A stretch of DNA of 36,146 nt, from positions 1-36,146 of the forward strand of contig JBEEMV010000185.1 of NCBI GenBank assembly GCA_041192505.1, read 5' to 3'. The notes under the pieces were generated by a model. It did not search any database. It saw only the letters and a list, made by a program, of their open reading frames with translations, and was not told the DNA's origin. Shown here in pieces: positions 19,765 through 27,285 of the stretch (positions are counted from its first letter, which is position 1; every line of letters begins with the position of its first letter). A program made the position numbers and the translations under genes. This stretch comes from Bacteroidota bacterium. GTDB lineage: Bacteria; Bacteroidota; Bacteroidia; Chitinophagales; CAIODY01.

Positions 19765-19856
19765 TTTTGGTTAAATTTAGAATTTCAAATATATCATATT
19801 ATTAAATAAAATCAATAAAAAATACTAACTCAATTTTTATTTTCTTTGCAATCAAT

Positions 19857-20678
19857 ATGTCAGCACACCAACCCATATTATCCGAAAAATTTTATGCACC
19901 CGATTGGGAACAATCTCGTACTAAAGGTTTAAGATTATTTGCCGAAATAGATGGCAATAATTTTTATATAGCAGGCGCACCTATACACGATGCAGCCCCC
20001 ATTTTTTTCGAACATTATTCGTTAAATAATACCGAAACATTTTTTGATGCCGAAAATATTAAAGCCATCCGAAAACAGTTGAATTGGCTAAGCGAACTGG
20101 CTGTAAGTAAGTTTACAGTTTGCTTTCAGAATATTAATTTTCAATTATTGCCTAAAGAATTTTCGGCAAAAAAATCAACAGATAATTGGCAAAATACGGA
20201 TGATGTAGATTTACTAAATGCAAAATTGGTGTATGAAATAAATAGTAAAATTAATATAGCCTTACAATCATTTTGTAGCAATATTATTACCAAACATTCT
20301 TTAACAGGGCTAACACATCAAGTAAAAGAATTGATGCAAAATAATGAAGATGCTATTTTGTGTAATATTCATTCCAACTCGTTTGATATTGCTTTGTGGC
20401 AAAATAAACAACTTAAAATGTTGAACACTTATGCCATCACCACACCCGAAGATATTGTATATTTTTTGCAATTAGCGGCGCAACAACATCAAATGGTTCA
20501 ACCACAATTATTAATTGGTGGCGAAATAGTTCAGCAATCATTATACTATACCACACTTAGCAAATTTTTTCAACAAATAGAATTAACCAACAGAGCGGCG
20601 CTTAAACATCAAGGTGTTTTTAAAGCATTAGTGCCCAACCGATTTTTAACCTTATCAGGAATTATAGCATGCGAATAG
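19857..20678 (+). CDS. DUF3822 family protein
   Basis: About 270 aa; FQLLP, L.MLNTY...TPEDIVYFL and L.IGGEI motifs; directly upstream of and overlapping rsmD, the usual Bacteroidota context. Confidence 0.75.
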   Translation: MSAHQPILSEKFYAPDWEQSRTKGLRLFAEIDGNNFYIAGAPIHDAAPIFFEHYSLNNTETFFDAENIKAIRKQLNWLSELAVSKFTVCFQNINFQLLPKEFSAKKSTDNWQNTDDVDLLNAKLVYEINSKINIALQSFCSNIITKHSLTGLTHQVKELMQNNEDAILCNIHSNSFDIALWQNKQLKMLNTYAITTPEDIVYFLQLAAQQHQMVQPQLLIGGEIVQQSLYYTTLSKFFQQIELTNRAALKHQGVFKALVPNRFLTLSGIIACE

Positions 20679-21208
20679 TAGGAGGAGAATTTAAAGGCAG
20701 AGTGTTTTCGCCGCCAAAAATAATGCCGGCAAGACCCACCACAGATATAGCCAAAGAAGGCTTGTTTAATATTTTAATTAATGAATTTGATTTTGAAGAA
20801 ATTCATTTTTTAGATTTATTTGGTGGCACTGGCAGCATAAGCTACGAAACGGCTTCACGTGGATGCAGCTATATGCACACAGTTGAAATTGATGCAAAAT
20901 TGGTACAATTTATTAAAGGCAATTTCGAGTTGTTAAAACTGCCGCCAACTTGCATCGTTTTTAAAATGGATATTTTTAAATACTTACAAAGTGCTACCGA
21001 AAAATTTGATTTAATTTTTGCTGGACCGCCTTACCCATTGCCTACTTTAAGTACCATTCCTGATAAATTATTTGAAGCTAATGTGTTAAATCAAGATGGA
21101 TGGTTTGTGATGGAACATAACCCCAATCATAACTTTGAGAATCATCCTAATTTTTTTAAGAAACGAAATTATGGCTCAACTATCTTTTCGATTTTTAAAA
21201 ATAAATAA
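20669..21208 (+). CDS. rsmD: 16S rRNA m2G966 methyltransferase RsmD
   Basis: MRIVGGEFKGR, RPTTD.AKEGLFNIL, LDLFGGTG, FDLIFAGPPY, RNYG. Confidence 0.93.
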   Translation: MRIVGGEFKGRVFSPPKIMPARPTTDIAKEGLFNILINEFDFEEIHFLDLFGGTGSISYETASRGCSYMHTVEIDAKLVQFIKGNFELLKLPPTCIVFKMDIFKYLQSATEKFDLIFAGPPYPLPTLSTIPDKLFEANVLNQDGWFVMEHNPNHNFENHPNFFKKRNYGSTIFSIFKNK

Positions 21209-21214
21209 CCACCA

Positions 21215-21736
21215 ATGGCAAAAAAAATGGAATGGGTAAAAGCTGGTAAATTGGGTGGTGCACATAAACTTAGTGGCGAAATAAAATTGCATTTCGAAAC
21301 ATCTATTACACCCATAAATTTAAAATCTATAATGATTGGTAAAAGCCCCGAAACGGCTTTACCCTTTATTGTTACCAATATTAAAAACTTTACTAATCAT
21401 ACTTTAATAGTTGAATTAGATGAAATAAAAACTAGAGAAGCGGCTGCAAAATTAAGCGGTATAAGTGTTTGGATGAAAGATGCAGATGTTGAAAAATCGG
21501 AAACTATTGTAGATGAAAAAATAATTGGCTACAAAATAAATGATTTGAATTTAGGCGAAATAGGCATTGCAAAAGATGTGTATCAAATGCCATCGCAAAC
21601 TATTTTGGTGTTTGATTACAAAACATTTGAAATAATGATGCCTTGTAATGACGAAAGCATTGTAAAAATTTATCATCGAAAAAAAGAGATTGAAATTAAT
21701 ATTCCTGAAGGATTGATTGAAGTATATAGCAGTTAA
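21215..21736 (+). CDS. rimM: Ribosome maturation factor RimM
   Basis: GKLGGAHKLSGEI, IKTREAAAKLSG, PRC-barrel IIGYKI.D...GEIG, C-terminal IPEGLIEVY. Confidence 0.88.
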   Translation: MAKKMEWVKAGKLGGAHKLSGEIKLHFETSITPINLKSIMIGKSPETALPFIVTNIKNFTNHTLIVELDEIKTREAAAKLSGISVWMKDADVEKSETIVDEKIIGYKINDLNLGEIGIAKDVYQMPSQTILVFDYKTFEIMMPCNDESIVKIYHRKKEIEINIPEGLIEVYSS

Positions 21737-21739
21737 TTT

Positions 21740-23713
21740 ATGTACACATTTATAAAAAAAACGATTGTTCTGTTTTTCATTTTTCTAATTGCATTTGCTT
21801 GCGATAGATTGTTTTTTTTACTTTTCAATTCATCTCAACATCTACATAATTTTGATGTAATTGATATTCTGAAATTAGTATACAAGCCACTACCATTAGA
21901 TATTTCAACCGCTTGTTATGCCATTGCTTTACCATTAGTTTTGGGTTTATTTATCATTTATTTAAAACCAAAATGGGTTGATTGTTTTCAGCAATATTAT
22001 GTAGTAATAATTTTATTTTTAACCAATCTTTTTTCAGCAATTGATATTGTGGTATATCGAGAAATGGGTGTAAAAATTCATTTCAAATTATTTTCGCATG
22101 TTCAACATCCAAGCGAAGTTTTTAAATCTGTAGCCTTATCTTATTGGATAATTGGCATTACGGCAATTGTGATTTTTACCTACATCCAATTTTATTTTGC
22201 CAAAAAAATAATGCAATTTTTTCAGCATAATAACAGACTTCTTCAGAAAATACCATTCTTCTCTGTTGGAGAAGATAAAGATGAGGTCATTAATAATCAT
22301 TTTCTGAAGAAGTCTAATTCATCATTACCAATTCAACAAACTTCTATTTTTAAAAAAATGTTGTATGCAATTTCAACCTTATTAGTAGGTGCATTTTTAA
22401 TTGCGGTAGGTATTCGTGGAGGCTTACAACCAGTACCAATTAATGAAAGTGAAGTATATTTTTCGAAAACAAATTTCTTGAATGAATCGGCTGTAAACCC
22501 CTGTTGGCGTATTGTTCATAGTTATTTAGAAAACAAAAAAAACGGAAATACTAATCCTTATATTTTTATGGATAAATCTGTTGCCCAAAAAAATGTGGCA
22601 GATTTATTTGCTGTAAAAAGTGATACAACCATTTCAATATTAAATTCAAATCGACCAAATATTTGTTTTATTATTTTAGAAAGTTGGAGCGCAGATATGA
22701 TTGAATGTTTAGGTGGCTTAAAAGGCATTGCACCCAATTTTGAGCAATTTAAAAATGAAGGAATTTTATTTTCAAATTGTTATGCGTCAGGCACATTAAG
22801 TGATCAGGGCATTCCTGCTGTATTAAGCGCTTATCCTGCCCAACCCATCACATCTATTATTGCCAACGAAGAAAAATATCCTAAGATGCATTGCATCAAT
22901 AAAAATTTAAAACAAATTGGTTATCACACCTCATTTTATTTTGGCGGACAATTAATTTATGGCAACATTAAAAGCTATTTATACTACAATAATTTTGATG
23001 AAATAAAAGAGCAGAAAGACTTTACTAATCTTCCTTCGGGCACACTAGGCATACATGATTCATTAATGTTGGACGAATGGTTTAAGCATTTAAATCATAC
23101 ACCCAAACCTTTTTTTTCAAGCATATTTACGGTTAGTACACATTCGCCATTTGATGCGCCCATGCAAAATAAATTTAGCGAATATGGCAGTTTGAATAAA
23201 TACACCAACTCAATCCATTACGCCGACAAATGTTTGAAAGATTTTTTTGATAAAGCAAAAAAAACTAATTGGTATGCAAACACTCTTTTTGTTTTAGTAT
23301 CCGACCATAGCCATGATACGCCCATGAATTGGGATTATTTTAATGCAAAGCGTTTTCATATTCCATTATTAATGATGGGCGGCGCCATAAAAAATGAATA
23401 TCGAGGTAGTGTATTTAATCAAGTTTGTTCGCAAAATGATATTGTATCTACTGTATTGCATCAGGTAAATGTTTCGGCAAAAGATTATAATTGGAGCAAA
23501 AATTTATTCAATCCTACTACAAAACACTTTGCCTATTTTAGCTTTACCGAAGGCGGCGGATTTGTTACAGATAGCTCACAATTCACTTACAATAAGACTT
23601 CTAACATTTCTTTATACGAATCAACAAATAAAAATGAAACAGATAAGAAAAAACAACAACAAAATATGCAATCTTATTTGCAAATTTTATTTGAAGAATA
23701 TTTAAGTTTTTAG
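21740..23713 (+). CDS. LTA synthase family / sulfatase-like membrane protein
   Basis: N-terminal TM helices; IRGG, RPNICFIILESW, TVSTHSPF, YADKCL, NTLFVLVSDH, HIPLL. Confidence 0.92.
   Translation: MYTFIKKTIVLFFIFLIAFACDRLFFLLFNSSQHLHNFDVIDILKLVYKPLPLDISTACYAIALPLVLGLFIIYLKPKWVDCFQQYYVVIILFLTNLFSAIDIVVYREMGVKIHFKLFSHVQHPSEVFKSVALSYWIIGITAIVIFTYIQFYFAKKIMQFFQHNNRLLQKIPFFSVGEDKDEVINNHFLKKSNSSLPIQQTSIFKKMLYAISTLLVGAFLIAVGIRGGLQPVPINESEVYFSKTNFLNESAVNPCWRIVHSYLENKKNGNTNPYIFMDKSVAQKNVADLFAVKSDTTISILNSNRPNICFIILESWSADMIECLGGLKGIAPNFEQFKNEGILFSNCYASGTLSDQGIPAVLSAYPAQPITSIIANEEKYPKMHCINKNLKQIGYHTSFYFGGQLIYGNIKSYLYYNNFDEIKEQKDFTNLPSGTLGIHDSLMLDEWFKHLNHTPKPFFSSIFTVSTHSPFDAPMQNKFSEYGSLNKYTNSIHYADKCLKDFFDKAKKTNWYANTLFVLVSDHSHDTPMNWDYFNAKRFHIPLLMMGGAIKNEYRGSVFNQVCSQNDIVSTVLHQVNVSAKDYNWSKNLFNPTTKHFAYFSFTEGGGFVTDSSQFTYNKTSNISLYESTNKNETDKKKQQQNMQSYLQILFEEYLSF
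22235..22315. mobile_element. 81-bp MITE-like element inserted in frame in the LTA synthase gene
   Basis: Perfect 17-bp terminal inverted repeats AGACTTCTTCAGAAAAT (22235-22251) / ATTTTCTGAAGAAGTCT (22299-22315); inner hairpin TCTTCTC-tgttg-GAGAAGA; length is exactly 27 codons. Confidence 0.7.
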
Positions 23714-23745
23714 TGAATAAAATTTTTGTGTTTTTTATTCTTTTT

Positions 23746-23753
23746 TATCTTTG
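23746..23753 (+). promoter_or_regulatory. Bacteroidota -7 promoter element (TATCTTTG)
   Basis: Exact consensus followed by C, ending 33 nt before ATG 23787. Confidence 0.7.
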
Positions 23754-23786
23754 CTAAACTTACAAACACTACAAACCTATTTTACA

Positions 23787-24377
23787 ATGTCAGTATTTAA
23801 ATTCAGAGTAGCCTTAGAACAAGACGATACCATTTTCAGAGATATTGAAATTAAACCAGCGCAGTTGTTTTCAGATTTTCATACTGCTATTTTAAAATCA
23901 TTTGGTTTTGATTCAAAACACGAAGCTTCATTTTATAAAACAAATGATAGATGGATAATGGGCGAAGAAATAAGCCTAAACAAAAAAGATGGCATAAAGC
24001 AAATGTCGAAAATGGCAATGGCAATGGCTATTGACGACCCACATGAAAAATTTATTTATGTGTATGATGTTGAAATGGAATGGACATTTTTAATTGAATT
24101 GTTGGGCGTTGTAGAAGATTCGAAAAAAGATGAGTATCCACGAATTGCAAAAACTGAAGGTATTGCACCTAAGCAATATGGCAACGAACCAATTGTTGGA
24201 AAAGATATAGAAGGTTTTGAAGCCGAAGAAATTTATGATGCCAGCGAAACTGATGATATGGGCGAAGAAGGAGAAGACATTGAAAAAAATGATAACGACG
24301 AAGATGGAAGCGGTAACGATGAATTTGGTGAAGACGAATTTGGAACTGAAGAATCGGCAAGTGGCGAAGAATATTAA
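23787..24377 (+). CDS. Plasmid pRiA4b ORF-3-like family protein with acidic tail
   Basis: VFKFRV...IFRDIEI...FH.AI..SFGF...ASFY...KFIYVYD...WTFLIEL...YP; D/E-rich C-terminus; ATG 23787 follows the promoter. Confidence 0.75.
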   Translation: MSVFKFRVALEQDDTIFRDIEIKPAQLFSDFHTAILKSFGFDSKHEASFYKTNDRWIMGEEISLNKKDGIKQMSKMAMAMAIDDPHEKFIYVYDVEMEWTFLIELLGVVEDSKKDEYPRIAKTEGIAPKQYGNEPIVGKDIEGFEAEEIYDASETDDMGEEGEDIEKNDNDEDGSGNDEFGEDEFGTEESASGEEY

Positions 24378-24395
24378 TATTATAAAATGATTTTT

Positions 24396-24433
24396 TAAAA
24401 AGGTGTTATCTGAAAATTGATAACACCTTTTTA
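24396..24433. terminator. Rho-independent terminator (bidirectional type)
   Basis: TAAAAAGGTGTTATC-tgaaaatt-GATAACACCTTTTTA, a perfect 15-bp stem. Confidence 0.85.
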
Positions 24434-24485
24434 GTTTTATCAAAATTGAATTACCAATTTAAATGCTAAATTGCAGCTACAAAAC

Positions 24486-25373
24486 ATGAAAGTATTAATC
24501 ATAGGCTTAGGCTCAATTGGAAAGAAACATATTGCTGCATTGCAGCAGATTAATTCTGCTGTTGAAATTTTTGCTTTGCGTTCTTCTAAAAAATTTGAAG
24601 AAGTGAAAGGTGTACATTCTATCACTTCAAAAAAACAAATTCCGAATCAGTTGGATTTCATCATTATCAGCAATCCAACAGCCGAACATTATTCTACTAT
24701 TAAAGAATTTTCAGAAAAAAACATTCCGCTGTTTATCGAAAAACCTTTGTTTCATCAATTAGAAGAAATTGATTTTAAAACGCCAATCACTTATGTAGCC
24801 TGCAATTTGCGGTTTCACCCCTGCATTATTTGGTTGAAAAAAAATATTGGCTTCCTCGAAAAAATAAATGAAGTGAGTGTGTACTGTGGCAGCTATTTAC
24901 CCGATTGGCGTAAGAATGTTGACTATAACAAAATTTATAGTGCTAATGCTGCAATGGGTGGTGGTGCTCATTTGGATTTGATTCACGAGTTGGATTATTG
25001 CTACTATTTATTTGGCAAACCAATATCATCGCATAAATTATTGAAGCATAAATCATCATTAAAAATTAATGCTGTTGATTATGCAAACTATCAACTCGAC
25101 TATGAAAATTTTGCGGTAAATGTTACGTTAAATTATTTTCGCCGAGATGTAAAACGACAAATTGAATTAGTTTGTAAAAATGAAACTTATACCATTGATT
25201 TGGTGAGTAATGAAATTATAAAAATGGATGAGGTGATTGAAAAGTACCATACAGAGCCACTTTATACTTACATTGAACAACTGAAATATTTTATGGATTG
25301 TTTGCAACATCACAAAAAACCGATGAATGATTTGCAAGAAGCAAATGAAGTTTTGAAAATTTGTTTAGAGTAA
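24486..25373 (+). CDS. Gfo/Idh/MocA family oxidoreductase (type seen in nonulosonic acid clusters)
   Basis: IIGLGSIGKKH Rossmann motif, FIEKP, NLRFHP, GSYLPDWR, GGGAHLDLIHELDY. Confidence 0.9.
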   Translation: MKVLIIGLGSIGKKHIAALQQINSAVEIFALRSSKKFEEVKGVHSITSKKQIPNQLDFIIISNPTAEHYSTIKEFSEKNIPLFIEKPLFHQLEEIDFKTPITYVACNLRFHPCIIWLKKNIGFLEKINEVSVYCGSYLPDWRKNVDYNKIYSANAAMGGGAHLDLIHELDYCYYLFGKPISSHKLLKHKSSLKINAVDYANYQLDYENFAVNVTLNYFRRDVKRQIELVCKNETYTIDLVSNEIIKMDEVIEKYHTEPLYTYIEQLKYFMDCLQHHKKPMNDLQEANEVLKICLE

Positions 25374-25417
25374 AAGTTTCCCACAGATTATTTGTAAATA
25401 AATCTTCAAAATTAACC

Positions 25418-25758
25418 CGTCATGGTGAGCTTGTCGAACCATATTCAGAAATGAAAAACATGTACGTTTACATATTGCTTTGTTCCGATAACTCTTATTA
25501 CACAGGAGTTACAAACGATGTTGAGGGAAGATTTAAGGAACATCAAGATGGCTTTGTTAATGAATGTTATACTTATGCACGAAGACCTTTGCAATTAAAA
25601 TTCTATGAATTATTCAATACACCGCAAGAAGCCATTAAATTTGAAAAGCAAATAAAGAAATGGAGTAGAGCAAAGAAAGAAGCATTGATTGAAAGAAATT
25701 GGGAAAAACTCAAATTATTGTCAAAATCAAAAAATGGTTCGACAAGCTCACCATGACG
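25418..25758. mobile_element. GIY-YIG cassette bounded by a perfect 25-bp inverted repeat
   Basis: Left CGTCATGGTGAGCTTGTCGAACCAT (25418-25442) and right ATGGTTCGACAAGCTCACCATGACG (25734-25758) are exact reverse complements. Confidence 0.75.
25451..25756 (+). CDS. Small GIY-YIG nuclease family protein (UPF0213/YhbQ-like)
   Basis: YVYILLCSDNSYYTGVTND...R..EH..G....YT..RRP......E.....AIKFEKQIKKWSRAKKEALI. ATG 25451 is chosen because the upstream ORF extension is translated repeat (RHGELVEP). Confidence 0.93.
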   Translation: MKNMYVYILLCSDNSYYTGVTNDVEGRFKEHQDGFVNECYTYARRPLQLKFYELFNTPQEAIKFEKQIKKWSRAKKEALIERNWEKLKLLSKSKNGSTSSP

Positions 25759-25799
25759 AGGTAATTTATAGAGTTTAGATTAAAATCAAAAAAAAAATT

Positions 25800-26531
25800 A
25801 TGACACAAAAAATAATCGTCATCACTGGCGCAAAAGGATTGTTGGGTAGTGAATTTGTAAATCACTGCCGCAGCAAAGGTTTTAGAGTGATTGAAGCCGA
25901 TGTAAAAACAGAAACTGATTTGGCTAACGACCAATATCAATTAGATATTACAAATGAAGAATCGGTTGAAACCTGCATCAAATCTATTGTTGCGATGCAT
26001 GGCAAAATTGATGGTTGGGTAAATAATGCTTATCCACGAACGGCAGATTGGGGAATGCCCGATGAAGATTTACCTTTTGAAAGCTGGCGAAAAAATGTAG
26101 ATATGCATTTAAACGGTTACTATTTATGCTGCAACAAAATCATTAAACAAATGAAGCAACAAGGCTTTGGCAGCATTGTGAATTTGGCTTCTATCTATGG
26201 TGTGCAAGCGCCTGATTTTTCAATTTATGAAGGCACACAAATGGGCAATGCCATAATTTATTCAGCCATAAAAGGTGGTATCGTTAATCTTACAAGATAC
26301 TTAGCTTCGGCAAATGGGCAATTTGGAATTAGAGTAAACACGGTTTCACCAGGTGGAATTTTTGATAATCAAAATGAAAATTTTGTAAAAAATTACAACA
26401 AAAAAGTACCGCTTAAAAGAATGGGTTTACCAAAAGATATTGCACCCTCAATTGCTTTTTTATTGAGTGATGATGCAGCTTATATCACTGGTCATAATTT
26501 AATGGTAGATGGTGGTTGGACGATAGTGTGA
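25800..26531 (+). CDS. SDR family oxidoreductase, PtmA (flagellin modification protein A)-like
   Basis: ITGAKGLLG, VNNAYPR..DWG, ASIYGV.APDFSIY, YSAIK, VSPGGI.D.Q, ITGHNLMVDGGW. Confidence 0.9.
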   Translation: MTQKIIVITGAKGLLGSEFVNHCRSKGFRVIEADVKTETDLANDQYQLDITNEESVETCIKSIVAMHGKIDGWVNNAYPRTADWGMPDEDLPFESWRKNVDMHLNGYYLCCNKIIKQMKQQGFGSIVNLASIYGVQAPDFSIYEGTQMGNAIIYSAIKGGIVNLTRYLASANGQFGIRVNTVSPGGIFDNQNENFVKNYNKKVPLKRMGLPKDIAPSIAFLLSDDAAYITGHNLMVDGGWTIV

Positions 26532-26566
26532 TGAATTTAAAATTTCAAATTACAGATTTCAAATTG

Positions 26567-27280
26567 ATGAAAAAATCAAGTTTGGTTTTATTGAGTATTT
26601 TATTTTTTTGCAAAATTTCGGTTGCACAAAAAATAAATTTGCCCGATTCATTGCCATTCACTTTAGAGTATATTGATTCAACAACTTTTGCAAAAGCAAA
26701 ATCATTAAATATTGAATTTGTAAGGGATACAAGTGATTTTAAGTGGGATAAAGACTCCTTATTACTATATAAAAACGGAATTTTAAAATATGGAATGATG
26801 AATCACAAAATCAAAAACTATTATCCTGATTTGATGGTAATACATGAAAATTCGGGAAATTCTTTTGAATATTTAGGAACAATAAAAAATAAAAACAATA
26901 ACGTTTACTTAATTAATGAATTTGATTCATTTCTCCCAACTTATAGTTTTCGATTTGCAATTATTCCAACAAAAAATGCTTATGAGCAAATTTATGGCGA
27001 ACAATTTTTAGTTTCAAATGATTGCATTTTCATCATGAATCAAAATGAAATAGGGGATACTTATAGAGTAAGTTTTTATGTTTTTAGAATGCGACATGAT
27101 TTTTTTGAAAATTCATTTCAGTACAATTTAAAATGCGAAGGCTATCCTTCAAAACTTAATCCGTTCAATTGTTTTTTCTTTCAAGAAAGTAAAATGTTAA
27201 GTAACGAAATATTTTTAATAAAAGGTGCTGATAATCTTTTCTATAAAGAAATTTATTTAAAACTCACTCTCAAAAAATAA
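26567..27280 (+). CDS. Hypothetical exported protein
   Basis: ATG 26567 gives signal peptide MKKSSLVLLSILFFCKISVA-Q; no recognisable motif. Confidence 0.65.
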   Translation: MKKSSLVLLSILFFCKISVAQKINLPDSLPFTLEYIDSTTFAKAKSLNIEFVRDTSDFKWDKDSLLLYKNGILKYGMMNHKIKNYYPDLMVIHENSGNSFEYLGTIKNKNNNVYLINEFDSFLPTYSFRFAIIPTKNAYEQIYGEQFLVSNDCIFIMNQNEIGDTYRVSFYVFRMRHDFFENSFQYNLKCEGYPSKLNPFNCFFFQESKMLSNEIFLIKGADNLFYKEIYLKLTLKK

Positions 27281-27285
27281 TCCCA

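Noticed and set aside
23787-24377. pRiA4b ORF-3-like gene as evidence of a plasmid or IS
   Set aside because: It has its own promoter and terminator, with no transposase or terminal repeats, and this family is commonly chromosomal in Bacteroidota.
25361-25450. N-terminal extension of the GIY-YIG ORF from the ORF track
   Set aside because: It overlaps the Gfo stop and consists partly of translated repeat (RHGELVEP). The domain starts at ATG 25451 or 25460.
11781-25758. CRISPR array from the recurring 25-mer
   Set aside because: Only four dispersed copies in mixed orientation, no regular spacers and no cas genes.
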